From a virus (taxonomy: Duplodnaviria > Caudoviricetes): 64,000 nt of DNA. Positions 8,554-18,964 of this stretch are shown piece after piece. Position 1 is the stretch's first letter. Each line of letters opens with the position of its first letter. The position numbers were made by a program, and so were the translations under genes. The stretch spans positions 6,199-70,198 of the IMG/VR virus record IMGVR_UViG_3300014159_000001; one strand, given 5' to 3'. Below the pieces are notes generated by a model. That model did not search any database, was not told the DNA's origin, and saw only the letters and a program-made list of their open reading frames with translations.

Positions 8554-10230
8554 ATGCCAGCGACCCTCGACAACAACGGCCTGACGATCCCGACCATCTC
8601 CGAGATCCGCGACGAGATCCTCAACGGGACGGTCCTCTTCCCGGGCTACCTGACGATCTTCCCGGGCGCGAACGTCCAGCCGAACTCGCCCGACGCGAAC
8701 CTCATCAACATCTTCGCGCAGGTCGCGGTCGACGAGTACGAGTTCCTCCAGATGATCTACGACGCCTTCGACCCGGATCAGGCGAGAGGGCCGACGCTCG
8801 ACGCCCGGTGCGCGATCAACGGGATTCAGAGGGAGGCCGGGACGTATACGCAGCAGGGCGTCACCGTGACGGCGATAGGGGCGTGCAACCTCCAAGGGCT
8901 CGACCTCTACCCGAGCAACCCGTTCACGGTCTCGGACGGGCAGGGGAACCAGTACCAACTCCTAACGACCTACGCCTTCTCCGGCGCGGGCTCCGCGGCG
9001 CTCCTCTTCCAAGCCGCGACGATCGGGGCGATCCAGTCGACGGTCGGCGCGATCAACTCGATCGTCACCGTCGTCGCCGGCGTGGCCTCCGTGACCAACG
9101 CGACCGGGCCGGCGATCCTCGGCGTCCCGGAGGAGACGGACGCGGCGCTCCGAATCCGGCGGTCGAACTCCGTCGCGAACGGGAGCACGGGCTACGCGGA
9201 CGGGCTCCTCGGCGTCCTCCTCGCGGTCCCGGGCGTGACCGGGGCGAAGGTCTACGAGAACGACGGGCCGGCGATCGACTCGGACGGAATCCCGGGCCAC
9301 TCGATCTGGGTGATCGTCGCCGGCGGCGGGGTCGGGTTCGACGCGGCCGTCGCGGCGGCTATCTACTCGAAGAAGGACGCGGGATGCGGCCAGACGAACG
9401 GGGGCACCGGCGCGCTCGGGCAGGCTTTTCTCACTCCGACGACCGTCGCGTCCGCCAAGATCACGAACGGAGGCTCGGGCTACGCGACCGCGCCGGCCGT
9501 CCTCCTGACGACGCAGGCCGGGGACACGGGGCTCGGAGCGACCGCCAACGCCTTCCTGACGAACGGAGTCGTCACCTTGATCGGGATCACGAACCCGGGG
9601 AGCGGCTACAAGCTCCCGCCGATCATCTCGTTTTCGGGAGGCGGCGGGACCGGGGCCGCGGCCACGGCCGTGATGACGGCGACGACCGTCGGCTCCGTCG
9701 GCATCGTCAACGCCGGGAACTACTATTACAACCCGCCGACCGTCGCCCTCGAGTCCGCGGACGGGAACGGGGCCGGCGCGACGGCGACCGCGGCCGCGAA
9801 CCCGGCGGGGCAGATAACGGGGTTCACGATGGGGTCGCCCGGGGCCGGCTACACCGCGCCGCCGAAGGTCGTCCTCAACCCGAACACGGTCACGACGTCG
9901 ATCGCGCAGCTCGCCGGGCCGCCGATCGTCATCGCGTTCGACCAGCCGATCGCGCAGTCGATTTACTTCAAGGCGCAGGTGGATCCGATCACTGGCTTCG
10001 AGGTCGACCTCGTCTGGCTCGCGGCGCAGCTCGCGGCGACGACGTACACGATCGGGCAGAGCGCGGATGCGAGCAGCTTGATTGCCCTGATCAAGAAGCT
10101 CGCCCCGAACTGCTACGTCTCGAACGCCTTCGTCTCCGTCGACGGCGCGACGTGGGTCGCGCTCATCAACACTCCCGGGGTGAACTACCAGTTCAACCTC
10201 CCCGTCGGAAACGTCGCGCTGATCTCGTAG
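8554..10230 (+). CDS. Baseplate J-like protein with inserted GSGY-repeat domains
   Basis: 'GVPEETDAALRIRR' and 'VPGVTGAKVYEND...GIPGHSIWVIV' are gpJ motifs. Central NGGSGY/NPGSGY/GAGY repeats. Confidence 0.85.
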   Translation: MPATLDNNGLTIPTISEIRDEILNGTVLFPGYLTIFPGANVQPNSPDANLINIFAQVAVDEYEFLQMIYDAFDPDQARGPTLDARCAINGIQREAGTYTQQGVTVTAIGACNLQGLDLYPSNPFTVSDGQGNQYQLLTTYAFSGAGSAALLFQAATIGAIQSTVGAINSIVTVVAGVASVTNATGPAILGVPEETDAALRIRRSNSVANGSTGYADGLLGVLLAVPGVTGAKVYENDGPAIDSDGIPGHSIWVIVAGGGVGFDAAVAAAIYSKKDAGCGQTNGGTGALGQAFLTPTTVASAKITNGGSGYATAPAVLLTTQAGDTGLGATANAFLTNGVVTLIGITNPGSGYKLPPIISFSGGGGTGAAATAVMTATTVGSVGIVNAGNYYYNPPTVALESADGNGAGATATAAANPAGQITGFTMGSPGAGYTAPPKVVLNPNTVTTSIAQLAGPPIVIAFDQPIAQSIYFKAQVDPITGFEVDLVWLAAQLAATTYTIGQSADASSLIALIKKLAPNCYVSNAFVSVDGATWVALINTPGVNYQFNLPVGNVALIS

Positions 10231-10231
10231 G

Positions 10232-11173
10232 ATGCCCGCCACCCCTTCATGGCCGACCGCCGGAGCCCCGACCTCGGGGACGATCCCGAGCTCGAACCTG
10301 ATCGCGATCATCAACTACTACGTCGCGCGGCTCATCTTCCAGTACGCGGACAAGCCGAACGCGCAGCGCTTGATCGCCATCCTCGCGAAGCAGGCGGCGA
10401 TGGACGATCTCGCGACCCTCGTCCTCGGGGGCTTCGACCTCGACTCGGCCGTCGGCCCGCAGCTCGACATCCTCGGCAAGTACATCGGCGCGTCGCGGCT
10501 CCAAGGGTCCGCGATCTCGCCCGGCTACTTCTCGCTCTGGACCTACGCGAGCCCGCTCAACCCGAACAACTATCAAGGGACGTGGGACCCGGCCTCGAAC
10601 AACCCGCCCGTCCCGCCGGCGACGCCCGGGACCGCGGGCTACTGGTACGTCGCGAGCGCCTCCGGGGCCTCGACCGTCCCGACCGTCGACAACTTCGTCT
10701 GCGGCGACTGCCTCGTCTCGGACGGGACGAGCTGGAGCCGCGACACGAACGACTGCGGCAACGGCCTCACGGACTACTCCGACCTCTCGATCAACGCGAA
10801 CGCGACCTTCTACGGGTACGGGCAGGCGACGGTCCAGATCAACTCGCTCGCGGACCCGGCCTACCGGATCGTGCTCCAGCTCCGGGCCCTCGTGAACACG
10901 TCCGACGGGACCCTCCCCTCGATCAACAAGGCGCTCGCGACGCTCTTCCCGAAACTCATCTATATCGTCGACAATCAGAACATGACGCTGACCTACTACG
11001 TCGCCTCGACGATAACGGTCCCGCCCGCGGTCCTCGCTTTAGTCTTGCCCAAACCGATGGGCGTCGGGATAAACATCGTCATCTTCAACCCGTCCGAGGG
11101 CGAGATCACCACGGAAGACGGAACGCCGATCCTAACCGAGAGCGGGCTGCCGATCACGACCGAACCCTCCTAA
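10232..11173 (+). CDS. Baseplate wedge protein (DUF2612-like)
   Basis: 'LIFQYADKPNA', 'FDLDSAVGPQLDILGKYIG', 'LPKPMGV'. Follows the gpJ-like gene. Confidence 0.75.
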   Translation: MPATPSWPTAGAPTSGTIPSSNLIAIINYYVARLIFQYADKPNAQRLIAILAKQAAMDDLATLVLGGFDLDSAVGPQLDILGKYIGASRLQGSAISPGYFSLWTYASPLNPNNYQGTWDPASNNPPVPPATPGTAGYWYVASASGASTVPTVDNFVCGDCLVSDGTSWSRDTNDCGNGLTDYSDLSINANATFYGYGQATVQINSLADPAYRIVLQLRALVNTSDGTLPSINKALATLFPKLIYIVDNQNMTLTYYVASTITVPPAVLALVLPKPMGVGINIVIFNPSEGEITTEDGTPILTESGLPITTEPS

Positions 11174-12906
11174 TGAAGACGCCGAAGTTCCTCCTCGCGC
11201 TCCTCGCGCTCGTCCCCGTCACCTCCTTCGGGCAGCCGGTCGGGACCCCGATCTCGCAGCTCCCGTCGATCACGACCGTCGCCCCGGGCGACTTCCTCCC
11301 GATCGTCGACGTCACCGGCTCGCCCTACGTGACGAAGAAGGCGACCGTCGCGCAACTCTCGCCCGGCCTCGGCTCGGTCACGGCCCTCCCGAACACGCTG
11401 ATGCTCCGGGACTCGAGCGGCAACTCGCAGGTCAACACCCTGACGATCAACAACACGCCGGTGAACCCGTCCGACGCCGTGAACAAGGCTTACGTCGACG
11501 CGTTCAATCAGGGGCTCAACATCCACAACCCGGCGGCCGCCGCGACGACGCCGGCGATCGGGAACATCAACCTCTCGGGCGGCGCGCCGAACACTCTCGA
11601 CGGCGTCGCGCTCTCGGTCGACTTCCGCGTCCTCGTCAAGGATCAGACGGATGCGACGCAGAACGGCATCTACTACGTCTCGGTGCTCGGGACCGGCTCG
11701 AACGGGACGTGGCTCCGGACGACGGACGCGAACTCCGGCACGAACCTCGTCACGGGGAGTTACCTCTTTATCACCGGGGGGACGGTCAACGGCAACGCCT
11801 CGTGGGTCATGGTAACGCCGGGGCCCATTACGATCGGCGTCTCGTTGATCTCGTGGGAGCTCTTCTCGCAGACGACGCAGATCCTCGCGTCGAATATCAT
11901 CGGGCAGTTGATCGGCTCGCAGATCCAGAACTTCGCCCTCGACTACACCAAGTTCGCGAGCTCGATCCAGCCGGTCGGGATCGTCTCCGTCCTCCCGAAC
12001 CCCGCCGGCTACACCGGCGTCTCCGTCGTCTTCAACACGACCGACGGCAACCTCTACCGCTACGTCGGCGGCGCGTGGACGGTCGCGGTCCCGCCGCAGT
12101 TTACGTCGCAGATAACGGGGACCTCGATTGCCAACGGGACGATCACGACGGCCAACCTCGCTGCGAACGCAGTCTCGGCCGGACAGATCGCGGCGAACGC
12201 CGTCACCTCCGGGACGATCGCGGCGAACTCGATCACGTCCGGGATGATTCAGACCGGGGCGATCACCGCGTCGCAGATCTCGGCCGGGGCGATCACGACG
12301 AACGCTATCGGCGCGGGGCAGGTCCTCGCGGTCAACATCGGCGCGTTGACGATCACGGGGGCGCAGATTCAGGCGGGGACGCTCACGGCGGACAAGTTCA
12401 ACGTCAACGCGATCTCGGCGATCTCGGCGAACATCGGGACGATCACGGCCGGGATACTCACGGCGAACGTCGCGGTCGACATAGGGAGCGGCTACAACGA
12501 GGTCGCGATCACGCCCGGGATCGGCCTCCAAATCGCGGGCGGCCTCGTCGACTTCGGCGGCGTCACCTTCGGCAACCCGACCCTCCGGTTCCACGGCGTC
12601 GGCTCCTACGCGCTCTCGGAGGCCCGGATCGCGACGAGCGCGACCGGGATCACGCCGCCGTATATCGCCTACATCGACGCCGGCGGGACGCTCGCGGTCA
12701 ACATCTCGGAGGGCGGCATATTCATGTCGGACACGAAGGCGATCCAGTCGAACGGGACCTCGTACATCAACCTCGACGGCGCGAACCCGACGGCGGGGAT
12801 TACGACGATCGCGTCGACGGCCGGGAGCGCCGGCGCGCTCTGGGGCTACTTTCACCTCAAAATCTTCGGCGTCGGCGAGGTCGCCGTGCCGTACTACCAC
12901 CCATAG
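11173..12906 (+). CDS. Tail-fibre-like protein with N-terminal signal peptide
   Basis: Starts MKTPKFLLALLALVPVTSFG-Q. Contains the fibre domain 'DAVNKAYVD...LDGV...RVLVKDQTDATQNGIY' and 'IAANAVTS/IQTGAITA' repeats. Confidence 0.72.
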   Translation: MKTPKFLLALLALVPVTSFGQPVGTPISQLPSITTVAPGDFLPIVDVTGSPYVTKKATVAQLSPGLGSVTALPNTLMLRDSSGNSQVNTLTINNTPVNPSDAVNKAYVDAFNQGLNIHNPAAAATTPAIGNINLSGGAPNTLDGVALSVDFRVLVKDQTDATQNGIYYVSVLGTGSNGTWLRTTDANSGTNLVTGSYLFITGGTVNGNASWVMVTPGPITIGVSLISWELFSQTTQILASNIIGQLIGSQIQNFALDYTKFASSIQPVGIVSVLPNPAGYTGVSVVFNTTDGNLYRYVGGAWTVAVPPQFTSQITGTSIANGTITTANLAANAVSAGQIAANAVTSGTIAANSITSGMIQTGAITASQISAGAITTNAIGAGQVLAVNIGALTITGAQIQAGTLTADKFNVNAISAISANIGTITAGILTANVAVDIGSGYNEVAITPGIGLQIAGGLVDFGGVTFGNPTLRFHGVGSYALSEARIATSATGITPPYIAYIDAGGTLAVNISEGGIFMSDTKAIQSNGTSYINLDGANPTAGITTIASTAGSAGALWGYFHLKIFGVGEVAVPYYHP

Positions 12907-12912
12907 ACTCCC

Positions 12913-13665
12913 ATGGCCGGACTAGCACGCAAGACAGCGCAACTCTTCGCCGGCGGCCTTCCCGCGGCCGGCAACCTCGCGGTCTGGGGTTCGCTCAAGG
13001 GGGGCGCGGCCTCCTACTCGAACGACCCGGCCGCGATCCAGTCGGCGGCGTGGGCGGAGGGCCTCGTCGGCGCGGTGATCGGCAACCGCTCGCCGTCGAT
13101 CGAGGACCTCGACGCCCTTTTCTACGTGATCACGTACCAGCTTCAGTATCTCCTCACGCGGGGGCTGGCGGAGTACGACCCGAACACGACCTATGACCAC
13201 TTCGACATGTGCCGGGTCGGGCCGACGATCTACTACTCGAACGTCGACAACAACACCGGCAACGCGCCGCCTTCCGCGCAGTGGACGAACCTCCTCACCG
13301 GGAGCTCCGCGCCGAACCTCGCCGTCGCGTGGGTCGTCTTCTCCGGGACGCAGGTCGGCGGGGGAGGGGCTTGTCAGGTCTTCAACGGGTACAACGTCGC
13401 GAGCGTGACGAAGCTCGGGACGGGGTCCTATCAGGTCAACTTCGCGAGCCCGCTCCCGAGCTCAAACTACGCCGTCGCCGGGATGTGTGGCGTCGCCAAC
13501 GGGGCGACGGCCGACCCGGGGAGCAACAACCTCGTCATCGGCGCGCCGAACGGGTCGACGGGAATCCGGAACCAGAACGCGTGCCAGATCTGCTCGCGCG
13601 AGCCGACCCAGTCCCCGGGGCTCGAGGACTGCGGCTACATCTCGGTGATCTTCTTCGGGTCATGA
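12913..13665 (+). CDS. Tail fibre / fibre-attachment protein
   Basis: N-terminus 'MAGLARKTAQLF...DPAAIQ...PSIEDLDALFYVITYQLQYLLTRGLAEYDPNTTY' resembles fibres found next to DUF2612 genes. No signal peptide. Confidence 0.68.
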   Translation: MAGLARKTAQLFAGGLPAAGNLAVWGSLKGGAASYSNDPAAIQSAAWAEGLVGAVIGNRSPSIEDLDALFYVITYQLQYLLTRGLAEYDPNTTYDHFDMCRVGPTIYYSNVDNNTGNAPPSAQWTNLLTGSSAPNLAVAWVVFSGTQVGGGGACQVFNGYNVASVTKLGTGSYQVNFASPLPSSNYAVAGMCGVANGATADPGSNNLVIGAPNGSTGIRNQNACQICSREPTQSPGLEDCGYISVIFFGS

Positions 13666-13743
13666 CGCCACGCTCAACGCAACCCTCGACGACCGGAAGC
13701 GCCGCCCGCCCCGCGGGCCCCGCCCGGCCCTCCCTCTCGATGA

Positions 13744-14370
13744 TTGCCGACCTACGCTAGCACCTCGATCCGCCTCCGGCTCTCCAACGTCTCGAAGCCG
13801 CAAGGGCGGCTCGTCGACGAGGAGACGGCGGAGAGGCCGGAGATCTTCGCGACCCAGCCGCTGACGATCGCCTTCGCGGTCTTCGACGCCTACGACGACG
13901 TCGTCGACCTCTCGAACATCTCCTACGTGGAGGCGGACTTCGTCAACGACCCGGAGTGCGGCGAGATCCTCGCTTCGTCCTCGATCCTCGCCGCGGCGCT
14001 GACGCCCCTCATCCCGGTCGCCGCTTGGCTCGACGGGACGGAGGATCAGGGCGAGATCGGGTTCACGACGGACCAGCTCGCCGCGTTGACCGGCCGGCGC
14101 GCGTGGCTCGTTGTCCGGGGCCTGACCGCGGCCGGCAACGTGATCATCTTCGGGGCCGGGTGGGTCAACGTCCGGCCGTCCGGCGCCCCCGCCGCCGTCT
14201 ACCTCCCGCTCTCCCCCGTCCCGGCGATCATCCCGGCCGGCGCGATCTACGAGATCCCCGCCGGCGTCGTCGTCATCTTCCCGACCTCCCCGCAGATCCT
14301 CGGCGAGTTGATCTGCGACCCAGCCGAGGGCGACCTCCCGCCCGGGGCTTTCACGATCATCTCCGCCTAA
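13744..14370 (+). CDS. Hypothetical beta-rich structural protein
   Basis: 208 aa with a TTG start and phage codon usage. Confidence 0.55.
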   Translation: MPTYASTSIRLRLSNVSKPQGRLVDEETAERPEIFATQPLTIAFAVFDAYDDVVDLSNISYVEADFVNDPECGEILASSSILAAALTPLIPVAAWLDGTEDQGEIGFTTDQLAALTGRRAWLVVRGLTAAGNVIIFGAGWVNVRPSGAPAAVYLPLSPVPAIIPAGAIYEIPAGVVVIFPTSPQILGELICDPAEGDLPPGAFTIISA

Positions 14371-14384
14371 CCAAGGACACGCCC

Positions 14385-14888
14385 ATGCCAGCACAAGGTC
14401 TCCTCATCCCGCTAATCGACCCGACGACCGTCACCGTCCCGCCCGCCGGCAAGATCTCGCTGGTCGTCAACCTCTCCGGCCTCCTCACGGTCATCAAGTC
14501 CGACGGCTCGATCAACCCGATCTCGCCGACGAACCAGACGTCGGACGAATCGGACGCGAGCTCCGTCTCCGCCAACATGAACATCGGGCCGGGGAGCGGC
14601 CTACACACCGCGAGCGTCGTCGTCACGGGGCTCGCGAGCGTCCGGACCTTCTCGCTCGTCAACGTCGGGCTCTCCGAGCTCAACGCGGGCTGGCGGATCA
14701 GGGTCTTCTTCGACCTCTCCGTCGCGGTCGCGGGGATCACGCTCGAGGTCTTCGACGGCAACACGCTCGGGACCGAGCTCTTCAACTACGTCACCGACGG
14801 CACCCAGAAATCGGCCTATGGAGACTTCTATTGGACCGGCACCAACTGGAAGGCCGTCGGCTCGGCCGTCCCGGCGATCAACGCATAG
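14385..14888 (+). CDS. Hypothetical structural protein
   Basis: AAGGA RBS followed by ATG, starting MPAQGLLIPL. Confidence 0.6.
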   Translation: MPAQGLLIPLIDPTTVTVPPAGKISLVVNLSGLLTVIKSDGSINPISPTNQTSDESDASSVSANMNIGPGSGLHTASVVVTGLASVRTFSLVNVGLSELNAGWRIRVFFDLSVAVAGITLEVFDGNTLGTELFNYVTDGTQKSAYGDFYWTGTNWKAVGSAVPAINA

Positions 14889-14899
14889 GGAGACCACCA

Positions 14900-17272
14900 A
14901 TGAACAAGAAGATCCTCGCGCTCCTCCTCTCGGCCCTCGCGCCGGCCGCCTTCGGACAGATAACGGTCACGAAGACCTCCGGGACGAACGTCGTCGACAA
15001 CGGCCCCATCGTAATCGGCTCCGGCAACTCGGTCACGTTCCTCTCCGGCTCCTCGCTCAACCTCGAGAACGGGGCCTCGCTCGGCAACGCGCTCCCGTGG
15101 TCCGCCCTCTCCGGCATCCCGAGCCCGGCGTTTGTCGCGAGCGGCGACGCGTCCGGCAACGGGACACTCTCCGCCTCCGGGCCTGGCGCGCTCCCGCTGA
15201 CGCTCGCCGTCTCCGGCGTGACGGCGGGGACCTACGGCGACGCGACGCACGTCCCGCAGTTCGCCGTCGACGCCAAGGGCCGCGTGACCGGCGTGACCTC
15301 AGTGGCGATCGCGGAGACGGGCGTCCTCTTAACGGCGAACAACCTCTCGGAGCTCGTCGGGAGCGCCTCGACCGCCCGGGGCAACCTCGGCGTCGCGATC
15401 GGGACGAACGTCGAGGCGTGGTCCGTCACGCTCGACTCGTTCGCCTCCGCCGGCAACGCCCCATCCTACTACCTCAACGCCGCGAACCTGACGGGGACCC
15501 TCCCGGCCGCGCGGCTCCCGGCGTTCACCGGCGACGCGACCGCCCCGGGCGGCTCCGCGGCATTGACCCTCGCCTCGACCGCCGTCTCCGCCGGCTCCTA
15601 CGGGGACGCGAGCCACGTCGGGACGTTCACGGTCGACGCGAAGGGCCGGTTGACCGCGGCCTCGAACGCGGCGATCGCGATCACGGAGCCGTGGACCTCC
15701 CTCTCCGGCGTCCCGAACTCCGTCTGGACATTGACCGGGGACGTCACCGGGACGATCACGACGAGCGCCCTCGCGAGCGCGAGCGGCGGGACGACCCTCG
15801 CGAACTCGGGCGTCACGTCCGGGACCTACGGCTCGGCGACGCAGAGCTTGACGGCGACGGTCGACTCCAAGGGCCGCGTGACCGCGCTCTCGGCCCAAAC
15901 CGTGACGCCCCCGTGGTCCTCGATCTCCGGGAATCCGATCTCGGTGACGGCCCTCAAGACGGTCGTCTTCTCGAACACGCTCACGTTCGCGGGGACCGAC
16001 GGCGCGACGCTCAACGTCGGGGCCGGCGGAAGCCTCGGGAGCGCGGCGTTTACGGGCTCGGGCTCGTACGCGCCGCCGACGAGCGGCTCCGCTATCCTCT
16101 ACGGGAACGGCTCCGGCGGGTTCTCGAACGTGACCGTCGGCTCGAACCTCTCCTTCAACGCGGGGACGCTCGCCTACTCCGGGCCCCTCGGGGGCGGGAC
16201 GGTCCTGAGCGTCGGCTCCGGCACCGGATTGACCGGGGGGCCGATAACGAGCTCCGGCTCCCTCTCCATCTCATCGGCCTACGCCGGAAACGGGATCGGG
16301 ACGGTCAACGGGTTCGCCTATGGCAACGGCTCCGGGACAATCACGTCCGTGACCGTGGGCTCCGGACTGGTGCTTGCGGGAGGGTCGATCTCGCTTCCGA
16401 CCTCGATCGCATCAATGGGCGTGACGAACGGCTCGACGATCGACTCGTGGGGGACGAAGACGGTCCCGGCCGGGACAGTCGCGGACCTCTCGAGCGCGCA
16501 GGCGTTCACGAACAAGACGATCGCGGGCGGGTCGAACACGATCACGGGGATCGGCAACACCTCGTTGACGAACTCCTCGATTACCATCGCCGGATCGGCG
16601 ACGGCTCTCGGCGGCTCGATCACGCTCGACGGGATCACGGGGCTCTCGACGACGGGGCTCGTCAAGCGGACCGGGGCGAACACCCTCGCGATCGCGACGG
16701 CGGACACGGACTACTCGACGCCGGCGGGGACCGAGACCCTGACGAACAAGACCTATGACACGGCCGGGACCGGGAACGTCTTCGACGTCAACGGCCGGGG
16801 GATCACCGGCTACTCCGGGACGAACAACACCGTGGCCTTGACCGGCTCCCCGGCGTTCTCCGGGACCCCGACGACGCCGAACGCCTCGGCGTTGACGGAC
16901 AACACGCAAGTCGCGAACACGGCCTATGTCGACTCGGCCGTCGCGGCGGCGCAGTTGATGACGATCAACAACCAAGGGAGCGGGACGTACACGCTCCAGC
17001 TATCCGACGCGAACGCCCTGATCCGGCACCCGAGCGCGGACACGAACGCCCGGAGCTGGGTAATCCCCGCGAACGCCTCCGTCGCCTTCCCGATCGGGAC
17101 CGTCGTCTCCTTCTACAACCAACCGAGCGCGGGGACGATCACGCTCTCGATCACGTCCGACACGTTGACGACGGCGAACTCGGGCGCGACGGGCGCGGTG
17201 ACGATCCTCGCGGGGCACACCGCGTCGATGGTCAAGGACGCCTCGACGAGCTGGATCCTGAACCTCAACTGA
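14900..17272 (+). CDS. Long tail-fibre-like protein with signal peptide
   Basis: Starts [20 protein letters not shown]. Three 'G(T/S)YG...VD(A/S)KGR' fibre repeats and a C-terminal 'YTLQLSD...[13 protein letters not shown]' domain. Confidence 0.75.
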   Translation: MNKKILALLLSALAPAAFGQITVTKTSGTNVVDNGPIVIGSGNSVTFLSGSSLNLENGASLGNALPWSALSGIPSPAFVASGDASGNGTLSASGPGALPLTLAVSGVTAGTYGDATHVPQFAVDAKGRVTGVTSVAIAETGVLLTANNLSELVGSASTARGNLGVAIGTNVEAWSVTLDSFASAGNAPSYYLNAANLTGTLPAARLPAFTGDATAPGGSAALTLASTAVSAGSYGDASHVGTFTVDAKGRLTAASNAAIAITEPWTSLSGVPNSVWTLTGDVTGTITTSALASASGGTTLANSGVTSGTYGSATQSLTATVDSKGRVTALSAQTVTPPWSSISGNPISVTALKTVVFSNTLTFAGTDGATLNVGAGGSLGSAAFTGSGSYAPPTSGSAILYGNGSGGFSNVTVGSNLSFNAGTLAYSGPLGGGTVLSVGSGTGLTGGPITSSGSLSISSAYAGNGIGTVNGFAYGNGSGTITSVTVGSGLVLAGGSISLPTSIASMGVTNGSTIDSWGTKTVPAGTVADLSSAQAFTNKTIAGGSNTITGIGNTSLTNSSITIAGSATALGGSITLDGITGLSTTGLVKRTGANTLAIATADTDYSTPAGTETLTNKTYDTAGTGNVFDVNGRGITGYSGTNNTVALTGSPAFSGTPTTPNASALTDNTQVANTAYVDSAVAAAQLMTINNQGSGTYTLQLSDANALIRHPSADTNARSWVIPANASVAFPIGTVVSFYNQPSAGTITLSITSDTLTTANSGATGAVTILAGHTASMVKDASTSWILNLN

Positions 17273-17273
17273 C

Positions 17274-18299
17274 GTGAGCAACAAGGGCGGAGACCTCCGG
17301 GGCTGGACGATCATCTTGATCGGCTTGGCGTGCTTCGCCCTCTCGTCGACGCTCTCGACGGCGACCCCGACGCAGAGCTTCTACCGCTCCTTCGCGGCAA
17401 CCGGGCCGACGCCAACGCCGACGCCCACCCCGACGCCAACGCCGACGCCCACCCCGACGCCGACCCCGTCCCCCACTCCTTCCCCGACCCCGACGCCGAC
17501 GCCGACCCCGTCGCCGACGCCGACTCCTCCCCCGCCGACCCCGACGCCGACGCCTTCCCCGACGCCGTCGCCGACGCCCACTCCTTCTCCTTCCCCGACG
17601 CCAACGCCGAGCCCGTCCCCGACCGCGACGCCTAGCCCGACCCCGACGCCCGTCCACGGAACCGCCCTCCTAACCGCGGGCACGACGACTTGGCAGGTCC
17701 CGGCGGGCGTCTCGAACCTGATCTCGGTCGCGATCGTCTCGGGCGCCGGCGGCGGCGGCTCCGGCTCGTCCGGCTCGGGCGGCGGCGGCGGCGGCGCGGG
17801 CGGCGAGTACGTCGCGATCAACGTCGGCGTCACGCCCGGCGCGATCCTCAACGTCACGATCGGCACCGGCGGCGGCGCGAACTCGGACGGCAGCGCGAGC
17901 TCGTTCCAGCCGGTCGTCATCTCCCCGGTCGGCGGCGGCAAGGGCGGGCCACCGTACACCGCCGGCGACAACGGCGGGAGCGGCGGCGGCGGCTCCGGCG
18001 GCTCCGGCATCAGGGGTGGCGGCTCCGGGACTACGGGCGAGGGCAACAACGGCGCGAGCGGCGACTCCGGCGGCGGCGGCGGCGGCGGCGGCGCGAACGG
18101 CGCGGGTGCCGGCCACGTCGGCGGCGCGGGCGTCACGATCGACGGCCAGACGATGTGCGTCGGCGGCAACGGCGGGACGACCGGCAACAACACGAACGGC
18201 GCGGCCCCGAGCGGCTACGGCTCCGGCGGCAACGGCGGCGGCCTCAACGGAGGGACCGGGAGCGCCGGCAACGCGGGGTGCATATACATCACTTATTGA
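17274..18299 (+). CDS. Secreted Pro/Thr-linker plus glycine-rich-domain protein
   Basis: Hydrophobic N-terminal signal, about 83 aa of PT/PS linker, then a Gly-rich 'GGGGGAGG' domain of the type seen at fibre tips. Confidence 0.7.
   Translation: MSNKGGDLRGWTIILIGLACFALSSTLSTATPTQSFYRSFAATGPTPTPTPTPTPTPTPTPTPTPSPTPSPTPTPTPTPSPTPTPPPPTPTPTPSPTPSPTPTPSPSPTPTPSPSPTATPSPTPTPVHGTALLTAGTTTWQVPAGVSNLISVAIVSGAGGGGSGSSGSGGGGGGAGGEYVAINVGVTPGAILNVTIGTGGGANSDGSASSFQPVVISPVGGGKGGPPYTAGDNGGSGGGGSGGSGIRGGGSGTTGEGNNGASGDSGGGGGGGGANGAGAGHVGGAGVTIDGQTMCVGGNGGTTGNNTNGAAPSGYGSGGNGGGLNGGTGSAGNAGCIYITY
17401..17650 (+). repeat. Coding (Pro-Thr/Ser)n tandem repeat
   Basis: ccgacg/cccacc/ccgtcc units encoding PTPTPTPSP. 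Confidence 0.9.
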
Positions 18300-18356
18300 C
18301 CTCGAGCCCCCGAGGGCTTTGATCTCTTCCGAACCCAACAACCCATAAAAAACGTC

Positions 18357-18710
18357 ATGAAGAACAACACCATTATCGCCGTCGCGCTCCTCGCCCTCCT
18401 CGGTCTCCTCGCGGTCCCGGCCATTCGGTCGGACCCGGTGCCGCAGGGGAAGATCGCGACGCAACCGATGAGCCCCTACGACGTCGCGATCTACCAGCGC
18501 GACCAATCCACGAAGGCCCTGCAAGACGCGCAGCTCCAGCTCGCGCTCAAGATCCAAGAGGTCGACGCGCTCCGCGGGCAGGTCGACGAGCTCAAGAAGG
18601 AGATCGACGCGCTCAAGGCGAAGGCGGCCTCGAATCCCTCGGCAGGCGCGGCCGGCGAACCCGGTCATTCGAGCGCGGCCGAGTCTAAGGCGGAGGGCAA
18701 GACCAAATGA
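18357..18710 (+). CDS. Signal/TM-anchored coiled-coil protein (i-spanin-like candidate)
   Basis: N-terminal hydrophobic helix followed by a heptad coiled coil, in the lysis position. Confidence 0.55.
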   Translation: MKNNTIIAVALLALLGLLAVPAIRSDPVPQGKIATQPMSPYDVAIYQRDQSTKALQDAQLQLALKIQEVDALRGQVDELKKEIDALKAKAASNPSAGAAGEPGHSSAAESKAEGKTK

Positions 18711-18964
18711 ACCCGAACGTCCTCGCGTGGTCCCGGAAGTTCCTCGCCGCCGCCTTCGGAGGCGCGGCCGACGGCATCCTAATCGGCTTCGGCGGCTCCG
18801 GCGCGTTCTCGATGGGAAGCGGGACGCCGGTCAACCCGAAGCAGGTCCTCTACATCCTAGCCGTCAACGTCCTCCTCGACACGGCCCGCTTCGTCAAAGC
18901 GAACCCGGACCCGTGGGCCTTCCCGGTCGCGGACCCCTCCAAACCTCAAACCCCGACAACGTGA
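18707..18964 (+). CDS. Small membrane protein, holin candidate
   Basis: 85 aa with two hydrophobic segments, directly upstream of the peptidase. Confidence 0.45.
   Translation: MNPNVLAWSRKFLAAAFGGAADGILIGFGGSGAFSMGSGTPVNPKQVLYILAVNVLLDTARFVKANPDPWAFPVADPSKPQTPTT

Noticed and set aside
11173-18299. Diversity-generating retroelement acting on fibre tips
   Set aside because: No reverse transcriptase is present, and I saw no TR/VR pair differing only at adenines in the window.
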